64,000 nt of DNA from Spirochaetia bacterium (GCA_038204425.1 JBBRCZ010000005.1:64001-128000), one strand, 5' to 3'. Counted from the first letter of the stretch, positions 1 through 8,771 are shown. Notes: generated by a model not told the origin, from the sequence alone. Numbers and translations are program-made.

Positions 1-187
1 CCAGATAGTTGCCTTCAATTGGCCGAGTAAGAAAGTAAATTACGACAAACGAAACTATTTCTAATATCAAAACCAAGGCCACAACAAATGCCGAGCAGTC
101 TCGCCGCAAAAGAAAACTGACGCTCAAAATCACCAAGACTCCCAATAAGGGAAAAAAGGCAACTAGCATCCACAAGGCGTCAAACAT
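1..187 (-). CDS. Probable Mrp/Mnh antiporter subunit D-like membrane protein (N-terminus only; runs off the left edge)
   Basis: Manual translation from ATG at 187 gives MFDALWMLVAFFPLLGVLVILSVSFLLRRDCSAFVVALVLILEIVSFVVIYF... It is hydrophobic, open to the window edge and overlaps the mnhC stop. Subunit identity is inferred from position after mnhC. Confidence 0.6.
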   Translation of the reverse strand, partial: MFDALWMLVAFFPLLGVLVILSVSFLLRRDCSAFVVALVLILEIVSFVVIYFLTRPIEGNYL

Positions 188-503
188 TGCCAAGCTCCGA
201 GACCAAGACAGTCCCTGTCTGACGATAGAGCCTGACTATGACCGCGCATGCCAAGGCATTAAAACACATTCCGATAACAATTGCCGTCAACATGAGGGCT
301 TGCGGTACAGGATCTACAACAACACGCTGGCTAACATTGAGTATGGGAGCTGCGCCACTGGCAACAAATCCAATCTTTAAAAACTCAAGGATTAACATGC
401 TTTCTACTATCGAAAGGCACATTACTTTTTTGATCAAATTGTCCACCACAATCAAGCCCCAAACAGCCACAAACAAAAGCCACAGATCAAGATTCATGTG
501 CAC
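180..503 (-). CDS. mnhC: Na+/H+ antiporter subunit C (MrpC/MnhC)
   Basis: DNLIKKVM and VDPVPQALMLTAIVIG signatures; 3 TM; 107 aa. Confidence 0.92.
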   Translation of the reverse strand: MHMNLDLWLLFVAVWGLIVVDNLIKKVMCLSIVESMLILEFLKIGFVASGAAPILNVSQRVVVDPVPQALMLTAIVIGMCFNALACAVIVRLYRQTGTVLVSELGNV

Positions 504-1213
504 TTCCCAAGATGCTTCATACCCACTACGGTTAAGACTACAACCATTGCTTCCATCATGGTGTCAAAAACCCTTGGTCCTAGATAAACAAGCGTTACCA
601 CATTGTTTATTCCCACATGCTGAGCAAGATCGAGCCAAGCTTGCTTATCAGCTCGAACACTAACCTGGCCTGGACTCAAGAAGTAGACAATGAGCATTAT
701 TGCAAGCAAAAGTAAGCCCAAAACGATGCCGGTAACGCAGCGCTCAATACGACGCCAAGATAAGTTATTTTTTGCCAGAACTATTGGATTAAGTTTCGGG
801 GCTTGATCCCAAAACAAGAAATTTCTAAAAATTAGCACCATCGACCCCGAGACTTCAAGAAAAATCGCCAGAGAAAGAATAGGAAAAACCGCGTTTGACC
901 AAATTAGACCTTCAAGTCTCAACTGATAAAGGCCGCCAAACGGTCTTCCTGCAAAAACAAAACCTGCTATTGCTAGAGCAAACAAGACAACAATTCCGCT
1001 CAGTTCTATCTTTTGAAAAACCATGTCCGAGTACATACGGCGCTCCATAACCAACTCCACCACTACCATAATCGATCCAAGCATAACGCCAGCCTGAAAA
1101 CCACCACCGGGAAACGACGCACCATAGGACGCCACATACAGAGAAAAAACTACCGCAAAGGGAAATATCTTGCCCAAAGTAGTCGTAAAAATTGGCGATT
1201 CTCTCAAGTTCAC
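494..1213 (-). CDS. mnhB: Na+/H+ antiporter subunit B (MnhB domain) with C-terminal MbhE-like segment
   Basis: PGGGFQAG MnhB motif; C-terminal NNVVTLVYLGPRVFDTMME. Start set to GTG 1213, which overlaps the upstream TGA. Confidence 0.85.
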   Translation of the reverse strand: MNLRESPIFTTTLGKIFPFAVVFSLYVASYGASFPGGGFQAGVMLGSIMVVVELVMERRMYSDMVFQKIELSGIVVLFALAIAGFVFAGRPFGGLYQLRLEGLIWSNAVFPILSLAIFLEVSGSMVLIFRNFLFWDQAPKLNPIVLAKNNLSWRRIERCVTGIVLGLLLLAIMLIVYFLSPGQVSVRADKQAWLDLAQHVGINNVVTLVYLGPRVFDTMMEAMVVVLTVVGMKHLGKCT

Positions 1214-1551
1214 AAACTGTCTCCGTTGCTTCCATCGTAGATTTGACAAGGAAGCGTCATTAGACAAGCTTTTTCTGGGTTGGAAAAATCGATGCCTTCT
1301 TTCTGACAAATATGGAGAAATACTTTGATGTCGCGCGCATCGCCGACCGGAATAAACAACGTTCGATTGTAGCTGTACTCTTTCCCAAACAGCGACTTAA
1401 ATGATGCAAACAGGGGCAGTCCTTCGTCGCTAAGGCTTTCTATGCTCTCGCCGTCTAGTACCGAACTATCAAAAAGACCAACTTCCAGGAGGATGGACGA
1501 AATTCTATCAAGCAAACTTTCATCCTTTAAAATAATAATCATTAGCTTCAT
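1210..1551 (-). CDS. PII-like signal transduction protein
   Basis: 113 aa with MKLMIIIL..., LPLFASFKSLF, YNRTLF and C-terminal LMTLP. This pattern recalls PII-like proteins encoded beside cation antiporters in anaerobes. Confidence 0.7.
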   Translation of the reverse strand: MKLMIIILKDESLLDRISSILLEVGLFDSSVLDGESIESLSDEGLPLFASFKSLFGKEYSYNRTLFIPVGDARDIKVFLHICQKEGIDFSNPEKACLMTLPCQIYDGSNGDSL

Positions 1552-1554
1552 GGT

Positions 1555-2040
1555 TTAGGCACTCTCAAAGGCGCTAATATAGTCGATTATGATTTTTGCG
1601 CATTCGTTGCTTTCACCAGCTACAAGCCTATCACGAGCCTCTTGAAAAACTTCTACGGCATCTTCTTGGTTGAGCAAGCGCCCAAGCCGCGCCAAAAGAC
1701 TCAAGTACATTCTACTTTTTGCGTTCGGGAGGATGATACAAAACAGCGCTTGCACCAAATCACCTTTTATCAAATGGATTGCTTTTGGTAAAAGACCCAA
1801 ACTCATTGTGATGTCTGACGCCTCGTCACTGCGAGCATGCACCAGCGCAAAACCCTTGCCAAGATTGATGTCCTGGGGTGCATTGGTGCGGCTTGACGCT
1901 TTGATACTTTGCAAAACATTGAGTTCCAGCTTGGCATTTCCGGCGCACAAACTAACTGCCTGCTTTAGTATTGATTCGTAGCCACTAGCATCCAATAGAA
2001 TAACTCGATCTGGCTTTAAGTAGTCCAAGAGATCAACCAT
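1555..2040 (-). CDS. PTS EIIA domain protein (fructose/mannitol/Ntr type)
   Basis: LGKGFALVHAR matches the G.G.AIPH phospho-His motif; YLSLLARLGRLL C-terminal helix; RBS GGAGG before ATG 2040. Confidence 0.85.
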   Translation of the reverse strand: MVDLLDYLKPDRVILLDASGYESILKQAVSLCAGNAKLELNVLQSIKASSRTNAPQDINLGKGFALVHARSDEASDITMSLGLLPKAIHLIKGDLVQALFCIILPNAKSRMYLSLLARLGRLLNQEDAVEVFQEARDRLVAGESNECAKIIIDYISAFESA

Positions 2041-2344
2041 GGTCCCTCCCCTTATCTTTTTGTGTATCGCCGCTTTTTTTGTCTTGGTCCTTTTCGGCAG
2101 CAGCATGACCATGGGTAAACTTAATTGCCGTCAAAAACACTAGGCTCGACAAGCCAGCACCAAGTGCTGCTTCAGTTATCGCTATGTCTGGAGCTGAGAG
2201 CAAAAGATAACGCACGGTCATTATCATACCAAAGGCACTCAGCCACATTAATGACCGCAACAATTGCTTGCAAGCCAGAACACCACAAATACAAGCGCCC
2301 GTGAATATCGTCATCAGGACATCAAACACTATCATCGTTATCAT
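2033..2344 (-). CDS. Mrp/Mbh subunit, DUF4040 (MbhD-like) domain
   Basis: YLLLSAPDIAITEAALGAGLS signature; position in the mnh operon. Confidence 0.88.
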   Translation of the reverse strand: MITMIVFDVLMTIFTGACICGVLACKQLLRSLMWLSAFGMIMTVRYLLLSAPDIAITEAALGAGLSSLVFLTAIKFTHGHAAAEKDQDKKSGDTQKDKGRDHG

Positions 2345-2633
2345 CTCGCACTCTTTCGTCCATGCGTGAGACTGCCAGGACGTGGGCAACAATCGGAGCG
2401 GTAAAAACCAAAAAAATTACGATCACGACAAACTTCAAAGAAAAGTCAGTCTGCCGTGCGCCAAGGGCCAAACCAATAATGATCGAAATAGAACCCGAAA
2501 CACCGCATTTGGTCGCGGCATGAAACCTTTGAAACAAGTCTGGCAAAATTATGCTGCCGAGACTTCCAAAAAACACAAGAACAAGGCCGCTAATCAGAAA
2601 GAAGCCTTCTAATATTTGCAGTAAAATAGTCAT
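2322..2633 (-). CDS. mnhG: Na+/H+ antiporter subunit G
   Basis: LPDLFQRFHAATKCG and FTAPIVAHVL motifs; ATG 2633 overlaps the mnhF stop. Confidence 0.92.
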   Translation of the reverse strand: MTILLQILEGFFLISGLVLVFFGSLGSIILPDLFQRFHAATKCGVSGSISIIIGLALGARQTDFSLKFVVIVIFLVFTAPIVAHVLAVSRMDERVRDDNDDSV

Positions 2634-2893
2634 TCTTTTACTCGATCTTGCATGAGTTTGCGAATACGTACAAACGCGACAATTTCGCCAAAGGCCAACA
2701 AAGCATAGACCATTGCAATATCGAGGTAATAACTGGCATTTTCGATCACCGCAAGCGTGCATAAGATTAAGACAATACCAGACGACACCAACGACAAAGC
2801 CATTAAACGATCCTGAAAACTCGGCCCCCTCAGCAAGCGAAAACTAGACATCAAAGTTATTAACCCAAGCACAACCAAAAAAAAATGCATCAT
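2630..2893 (-). CDS. mnhF: Na+/H+ antiporter subunit F
   Basis: RLLRGPSFQDRLMAL and YYLDIAMVYALLAF motifs. Confidence 0.92.
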   Translation of the reverse strand: MMHFFLVVLGLITLMSSFRLLRGPSFQDRLMALSLVSSGIVLILCTLAVIENASYYLDIAMVYALLAFGEIVAFVRIRKLMQDRVKE

Positions 2894-2897
2894 TCTG

Positions 2898-3386
2898 CTA
2901 TCCCAAGACCCGCAGAATCACCGACTCAATCGTGTCTTTGATTTGCCGCCCAGCCTCAACACTGTGGCGAGACTTGAGATCAAAACAATGTACATAAAGA
3001 TAACGACCACTTAACCAAAGCGTTATGGTTCCAGGCACCAAGGTGATACTGTTAGCAAGCATTATTCGCCCCATCGGTGACCTAATTCGCGTCTTGATAC
3101 GCACTACTCCTGATTTGTACTTGCCACCTAACATTCGCCAAATCAAAGAAAAACTTGCTTGGTAGTTTTGGACAATCAAGAGAATAAAATAGATAACAAT
3201 CAAGTCAATCCGGTACAATAGACGACCATGCTTAAGCGTGTTACCTTCCCAAAAAATTCGCCAAGAGAATATGCTTACCAATGCACTGAGCACCACACCC
3301 CAAAGTAGGGAAGTCAAGATCAACTCTTGTGAAAACAAGAGCCATGCCAAAAACAATGCGAACCACAAGCTCAAAAAACGCGCCAT
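2898..3386 (-). CDS. mnhE: Na+/H+ antiporter subunit E
   Basis: LANSITLVPGT and LYVH motifs; first gene of the operon. Confidence 0.93.
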   Translation of the reverse strand: MARFLSLWFALFLAWLLFSQELILTSLLWGVVLSALVSIFSWRIFWEGNTLKHGRLLYRIDLIVIYFILLIVQNYQASFSLIWRMLGGKYKSGVVRIKTRIRSPMGRIMLANSITLVPGTITLWLSGRYLYVHCFDLKSRHSVEAGRQIKDTIESVILRVLG

Positions 3387-3474
3387 AGTACCTCGTATTC
3401 TCGATTTTCCGCTGCCTGCAGGCTTATGTCAAGCACAGACCGGTCTTCACCATATATCGGTGTATCACGAAGCA

Positions 3475-3503
3475 TTGATATAACCTTGCGCCGGCAGTAT
3501 ACT
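3475..3503 (+). promoter_or_regulatory. Sigma70-type promoter of ahcY
   Basis: TTGATA-N17-TATACT followed by RBS AGGAG. Confidence 0.7.
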
Positions 3504-3522
3504 GCTGCTAGGAGACCCAAAT

Positions 3523-5025
3523 ATGCCACAAACTAAGCCACAAAAAATTATGGGCAAAACTATTGATTATGCAGTTCGAGACCTCGCACTTGCCGAACTT
3601 GGTCGCAAGGAAATAGAAATCGCCGAGCACGAAATGCCAGGGCTTATTGCCACCAAAGAAAAGTATGGACCCAAAAAGTCCCTGGCTGGCGTAAGAGTTT
3701 CTGGCAGCCTCCACATGACCATCCAGACTGCGGTTTTAGCAGAGACACTTGCCGCCCTAGGCGCCAATGTGAGGTGGGCCAGTTGCAATATTTTTAGCAC
3801 CCAAGATCAAGCCGCTAGTGCCATTGCTGTAGGACGACCAGAATCGGGCGGCAGTATCGCCCAACCAAAAGGCATTCCAGTCTTTGCTTGGAAGGGCGAA
3901 AGCTTAGAAGAATATTGGGACTGTACACTCGACGCCCTAACCTTTCCTTCCAAAGATGGCAGTTTTGCACCCGGCAAGACGCTCGGACCAGAGCTGGTAG
4001 TAGACGACGGCGGTGACGCTACTTTGCTCATCCACAAGGGATACGAGCTTGAGAATGGATCTGGCTGGGTCAACGAAGCCTCCGATCGCCACGAAATTGC
4101 GGTCATTAAAGCACTATTAAAACGAAAGCTTGCCGAAGACAAAACCTTTTGGCATCGCGTAGTTGCCGATTGGAAGGGAGTGTCCGAGGAGACTACCACA
4201 GGCGTAAAGCGCCTTTACAAAATGGCAGCAGAAGGCACTCTCTTAGTGCCAGCAATCAACGTAAACGACTCAGTCACCAAGTCCAAATTTGACAACCTCT
4301 ACGGATGCAGAGAGTCCTTAATTGACGGCATCAAACGCGCCACCGACGTCATGCTCTCCGGCAAAGTAGCAGTAGTTTGCGGTTATGGTGATGTTGGAAA
4401 AGGTTGTGCCCAAAGTTTAAGAGGACAAGGTTGCCGCGTGGTCGTAACCGAAATCGACCCCATTTGTGCACTGCAAGCCGCCATGGAAGGCTACCAAGTT
4501 TTAACCATTGAAGACACGCTCGGCTGGGCCGACATCTATGTAACTACCACCGGCAACTGCGATATCATTACGCTCGACCATCTACGTAAAGTCAAAAACC
4601 AAGCAATAGTCTGTAATATTGGCCACTTTGATGATGAGATTCAGGTCGACAAACTCAACAAGGCCAGCGACATCAAACGTGTCAATATTAAACCTCAGAC
4701 CGACAAGTACACCCTGCCAAACGGCAACGAGTTCTATCTGCTGGCTGAAGGTCGCTTAGTCAATCTTGGCTGCGCCACCGGGCACCCAAGCTTTGTAATG
4801 TCCAACAGCTTTACTAACCAAACCTTAGCCCAGATTAAGCTCTGGACCGAACGCGCAAGCCTAAAACCTGGCGTCCAAACCCTACCCAAAGACCTTGACG
4901 AAGAAGTAGCTAGATTGCACTTGGCAAAAGTCGGCGTCAAGCTCACCACCCTGAGCAAGGCCCAGGCCGACTACCTCGGCATCCCCGTACAAGGCCCCTA
5001 CAAACCAGATAGTTATCGTTATTGA
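3523..5025 (+). CDS. ahcY: S-adenosyl-L-homocysteine hydrolase
   Basis: [44 protein letters not shown] and GHPSFVMS motifs. Confidence 0.98.
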   Translation: MPQTKPQKIMGKTIDYAVRDLALAELGRKEIEIAEHEMPGLIATKEKYGPKKSLAGVRVSGSLHMTIQTAVLAETLAALGANVRWASCNIFSTQDQAASAIAVGRPESGGSIAQPKGIPVFAWKGESLEEYWDCTLDALTFPSKDGSFAPGKTLGPELVVDDGGDATLLIHKGYELENGSGWVNEASDRHEIAVIKALLKRKLAEDKTFWHRVVADWKGVSEETTTGVKRLYKMAAEGTLLVPAINVNDSVTKSKFDNLYGCRESLIDGIKRATDVMLSGKVAVVCGYGDVGKGCAQSLRGQGCRVVVTEIDPICALQAAMEGYQVLTIEDTLGWADIYVTTTGNCDIITLDHLRKVKNQAIVCNIGHFDDEIQVDKLNKASDIKRVNIKPQTDKYTLPNGNEFYLLAEGRLVNLGCATGHPSFVMSNSFTNQTLAQIKLWTERASLKPGVQTLPKDLDEEVARLHLAKVGVKLTTLSKAQADYLGIPVQGPYKPDSYRY

Positions 5026-5029
5026 TATT

Positions 5030-5125
5030 GGTGGGGGCGAGCCCGCCCCCTGGAGCGCACGCAGTTGCGCTCCACCCCCACCTACGGGGGTCTACGAAAA
5101 GCCAAAATGTTGACCCCCGGACCCC
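5030..5125. repeat. GC-rich multi-hairpin palindromic element (REP/MITE-like or structured RNA)
   Basis: Stems GGGGGCG/CGCCCCC, TGGAGCGCA/TGCGCTCCA and GGGGGTC/GACCCCC, plus an alternative GGTGGGGG/CCCCCACC pairing. Confidence 0.5.
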
Positions 5126-5179
5126 ATTTTGTTCGCTTAATCGAGTAATTGGTTATTTCTCTCTTGATAGTATAAACTA

Positions 5180-6781
5180 ATGTCTGTGGATAAAGAGACT
5201 GGGATAGAACCCCAAGTAGAACTTGACAGACTGACAAAAGCTCTAAAAGACCGAACGACGCACCTAGACAACCTGCCTTACTTGGTTTACTCGGTAGCGG
5301 TGGAGACAGAAAGAGGCGGCAAACTACGCTTTCCGTTTGTATATGTTAACCTTGCCCATGTTGCCACCGTCGGGGCAGACAAACAAGCTGATCTTATCGG
5401 CAAGACGGACTTTTCAATCTTCAAAAAATCCTCAGCCAGTAAGGCTTATCTTGACTATTGTTATGTGGTGACCCACGGCCAAGCTGTCGAAAAAGAAGAA
5501 ACACTCGCAGACCAAAACGGCAAACAGCATGTCTTTCAAGTAAGCAAAAAGCCTGTTTTGGACGACCAGGGCAAAGTAACGCGTATTGACGGGGTTTCTA
5601 TTGATATCACCCACGAAAAAGAACTTGAGGCCGAACTCGTCTACCACCAAGCCTTGACCAGCGCCGCCTACCTCAACAGCCCTGATGGCATTGTTCAAAT
5701 TGACTACGAGACCGGCGACATAATTTTGGCAAACAAGCGTTTTCATATAATGAACGAATATTGTGTCGAGCTCAAAGGCGTCAAGCTCAGCCGAAAAGCT
5801 TCTCAATTTTTGATGGGTTCACAGGGCATGGATTGCAGCAAAACGGGAGAATACTCCAGAGTTTTTTTGACGCCCTTAGCCACAAGAGTGGAACTCGATG
5901 GTTTGCTCTCCTACGTAAAAGACGAGGAAAAGCCTCTCTTTGTCTATGCCTTTGATTTGGTTCAACACGATGACTACCGATTGATTGGCAATCCAATCTC
6001 AGTTATCAATTTGCACAATGCCAATCTAAGTGACAGGAAGAAGTACTTGAGGCAGCTTGAGGACGGACCGCTCTGCTCGGATATTCAACACATTACTAGA
6101 ACCAAACAAATTATCTTAGTGCGGTCCAATCACCATATTGTAAATTTGCGCGCTAAGAAGATTGTCATCGGCAATGACCGCGATATCACCCAACAAGAGC
6201 ATGACCGTGATATGTTAGAACGCAAGACTCGCGAACTCGCTGAGGCCAATAAAAAACTGGAACAATTGGCATTGCAGCACCCCGTTTCGGGCCTGCCAAA
6301 CAGGCGTTTGTTGGAAATTAATGCCTGCAATGCACTCAATGGTGCCAAACGTTCACGGGACTCGGCGGTCTACGTAGGGTTGATCTTTATGGACATGGAG
6401 CATTTTAAAGAGGTAAACGACAACCACGGCCACGAGGCTGGCGATATAGTGCTCAAAGAAATTGGGCGCCGTTTACAATCTGTCATCAAACGTAAAACTG
6501 ATACCGTGGCGCACCTAGGCGGTGACGAATTTTCCATTCTCTTGCCCGACTTAAAAAACCCCGCACTCTTGCTTAGTCTTGTAAACGAAATCCGGAACAC
6601 AATAGAAAAAACACCCTATGACATTGGGGGCAAGACCGTTCGTCTGGGCGTTAGCATTGGCACTAGCGCCTTCACCGTTGATGGCGAACATCCTCATTCT
6701 TTAGAGCGCTTTAGAGAGCTCTTAAACATCGCCGACCAACGAATGTATACTGACAAACAGACTCGGCGAGTTTCTGAGTAA
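5180..6781 (+). CDS. PAS-domain diguanylate cyclase
   Basis: PAS/PAC motifs (LIGKTDF, SKKPVLDDQG, DIT); SGLPNRR; FKEVNDNHGHEAGD; RKTD I-site five residues before GGDEF. Confidence 0.93.
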   Translation: MSVDKETGIEPQVELDRLTKALKDRTTHLDNLPYLVYSVAVETERGGKLRFPFVYVNLAHVATVGADKQADLIGKTDFSIFKKSSASKAYLDYCYVVTHGQAVEKEETLADQNGKQHVFQVSKKPVLDDQGKVTRIDGVSIDITHEKELEAELVYHQALTSAAYLNSPDGIVQIDYETGDIILANKRFHIMNEYCVELKGVKLSRKASQFLMGSQGMDCSKTGEYSRVFLTPLATRVELDGLLSYVKDEEKPLFVYAFDLVQHDDYRLIGNPISVINLHNANLSDRKKYLRQLEDGPLCSDIQHITRTKQIILVRSNHHIVNLRAKKIVIGNDRDITQQEHDRDMLERKTRELAEANKKLEQLALQHPVSGLPNRRLLEINACNALNGAKRSRDSAVYVGLIFMDMEHFKEVNDNHGHEAGDIVLKEIGRRLQSVIKRKTDTVAHLGGDEFSILLPDLKNPALLLSLVNEIRNTIEKTPYDIGGKTVRLGVSIGTSAFTVDGEHPHSLERFRELLNIADQRMYTDKQTRRVSE

Positions 6782-6879
6782 GACGAACGCAAACGGCGTC
6801 ATTAACATTTTTACCAATGGGTAGACAAACAAACTACTTCGATTTTCAGCTTCTGCTGCTTCGCTCAGCGTTTTTGTAA

Positions 6880-7425
6880 CTATGGCTTAGGCGGTAAGTC
6901 AAGTAGGTCGAGCAGCTCAAGCGGGTCGTCGTGAACATTGAGCAATGAGCGAATTTCTTGTTTCATAAAGTCTTCTTCAACCATACGATCAAACATAGCG
7001 AGCAGCGGATCAAAATAGCCAGCAATGTTTAAGAGTCCCATAGTTTTTCCGTGATACCCCAATTGCCGCCAAGTAAATACCTCTGCCATCTCGTCCAGAG
7101 TACCGATGCCTCCCGGCAAGACCAAAAAGGCGTCTGCCCGTTGGTACATCAAGGCTTTGCGTTCGTGCATACCGGGCGTCACCACCAGCTCGCTCAGTTC
7201 TTCGTGGCTCACTATGTCGCGCAAGCGCTCGGGAATAATGCCAGCCACATGGCCGCCGGCAGCCATGACCGTGTGGGACAAAATACCCATCAGACCTTGG
7301 TTGCCACCACCGTAAATTAACTGGACGCCACGCCGAGCAAGTTCCAAACCCAGACTTTTTGCTGCCTGAGCATATTCAGGTTTTTGGCCCAAATTGGCAC
7401 CGCAAAATACGCAAACACTAGCCAT
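6880..7425 (-). CDS. LOG family (TIGR00730) nucleotide 5'-monophosphate phosphoribohydrolase
   Basis: SVCVFCGA, YGGG..GLMG, MHERK and PGGIGTLDE motifs; ATG 7425 lies 4 nt after the glyA stop. Confidence 0.93.
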   Translation of the reverse strand: MASVCVFCGANLGQKPEYAQAAKSLGLELARRGVQLIYGGGNQGLMGILSHTVMAAGGHVAGIIPERLRDIVSHEELSELVVTPGMHERKALMYQRADAFLVLPGGIGTLDEMAEVFTWRQLGYHGKTMGLLNIAGYFDPLLAMFDRMVEEDFMKQEIRSLLNVHDDPLELLDLLDLPPKP

Positions 7426-7429
7426 ATAT

Positions 7430-8674
7430 TTAGTCGTCAAGTCCAGGTACTTTAAAGTCTTGGCACAAATCTGCAACTTCAGTTGCTATTTGTGCCAAAC
7501 GTTGTTCGTCCTCTGTTTTAGCAACTACTTCGTCCATCCAAGCTGCTATCTTGACCATTTCGCTCGGTCCAAAACCACGGCTTGTAACCGATGGCGTTCC
7601 GAGTCTAATGCCCGATGGATCGCTGGCCTTACGGGTTTCCCCGGGTACGGTGTTGTAGTTGAGCACTATGCCCGCTTTTTCCAAGGCTATCGAAGCCACT
7701 TTGCCAGTTACGCCCTTGTTGCTCAAATCCACAAGCATCAAGTGATTGTCGGTACCACCAGACACTAAGGAAAAACCTCGGGCAACTAACTCTTTGGCAA
7801 GCACCTGCGCATTTTTAACCACATTGTGGGCATAGTCTTTAAACTCTTGGCTGGCAGCTTCCTTAAGTGCAACTGCAATACCTGCAGTGGTTGCGTTGTG
7901 TGGACCACCTTGTAGTCCAGGAAAAACAGCCTTGTCGATGGCCTTAGCGTGGACTTCTTTACACAATATTATGGCGCCACGTGGACCTCGCAGGGTCTTG
8001 TGCGTAGTAGTGGTAACAACGTCGGCATAGGGGATAGGACTGGGATGGGCTCCACCGGCAACTAGTCCGGCAAAATGAGCCATGTCTACCCAGAGTATGG
8101 CGCCACATTCATCGGCAATAGCCCTAAACTTTGCAAAGTCCAACAAACGGGGATATGCAGAATGTCCAGCAATTAAGATTTTTGGCTTGTGTTCAAGAGC
8201 CAATCGTCGAACTTCTTCGTAGTCAATCAAACCTGTTTGCGGATGCAAATTGTAATGTACTGCGTTAAACCATTTACCCGTGGCGCTTACTTTTGAGCCA
8301 TGCGTTAGGTGACCACCATGGCTTAAGTTGAGGCCCAAGACGGTATCCCCGGGTTTGGCAAAAGCAAGGTAAACAGCAAGATTGGCTGGTGAGCCAGAAT
8401 ACGGTTGTACGTTGGCATGTTCTGCCCCAAAAAGTGCCTTTGCTCGCTCAATCGCCAAAATTTCCACACCATCGCAGTTAATCTGGCCTTGATAAAAACG
8501 AGCACCGGGATACCCTTCAGAATACTTGTTTTGAAAAACAGTGCCGCAGGCTTCTAGAACTGCCTTGGAAGTGTAGTTTTCGCTAGCGATAAGGCGGATA
8601 GTTGCCCTTTGATAAGCTTCTTCAGATTTGACTAAGCTATAAATTTCTGGATCTTTGTTTTGTAAGGCACTCAT
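7430..8674 (-). CDS. glyA: Serine hydroxymethyltransferase
   Basis: LIASEN, KYSEGYPG, HGGHLTHG, TTTHKTLRGPRG (PLP lysine) and SGIRLGT motifs. Confidence 0.98.
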   Translation of the reverse strand: MSALQNKDPEIYSLVKSEEAYQRATIRLIASENYTSKAVLEACGTVFQNKYSEGYPGARFYQGQINCDGVEILAIERAKALFGAEHANVQPYSGSPANLAVYLAFAKPGDTVLGLNLSHGGHLTHGSKVSATGKWFNAVHYNLHPQTGLIDYEEVRRLALEHKPKILIAGHSAYPRLLDFAKFRAIADECGAILWVDMAHFAGLVAGGAHPSPIPYADVVTTTTHKTLRGPRGAIILCKEVHAKAIDKAVFPGLQGGPHNATTAGIAVALKEAASQEFKDYAHNVVKNAQVLAKELVARGFSLVSGGTDNHLMLVDLSNKGVTGKVASIALEKAGIVLNYNTVPGETRKASDPSGIRLGTPSVTSRGFGPSEMVKIAAWMDEVVAKTEDEQRLAQIATEVADLCQDFKVPGLDD

Positions 8675-8698
8675 GGGCTGCTCCTAGCATGGATAGTT

Positions 8699-8771
8699 TG
8701 CCCAGACGCGCGGCGAGTGCAGGTTTTGCACTCCCCCGAGGTGCTCCCCGTGTGCGTCAGTCATGCAAACC
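8699..8771 (-). ncRNA. ZMP/ZTP (pfl) riboswitch
   Basis: Minus strand reads GGTTTGCATGACTGACG...GGGGAG...GCCGCGCGTCTGGGCA. It has the conserved GACUG, the GACG/CGUC pseudoknot and the 3' CUGGGC. It lies directly upstream of glyA, a typical ZTP-regulated gene, with an extended -10 (TGCTATAGT) just upstream. Confidence 0.9.

Noticed and set aside
1..3386. Mbh hydrogenase or Mbx/Mbs complex call for the mnh genes
   Set aside because: No hydrogenase or Fe-S subunits are visible in the window. The operon continues past the left edge, so this cannot be excluded.
3390..3520. SAH riboswitch upstream of ahcY
   Set aside because: The GAGGAGCG...CAGGCUC core is absent, and the predicted promoter leaves only about 13 nt of leader.
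5185..5193. Perfect DnaA box TGTGGATAA
   Set aside because: It is isolated and inside the cyclase coding sequence; expected by chance.
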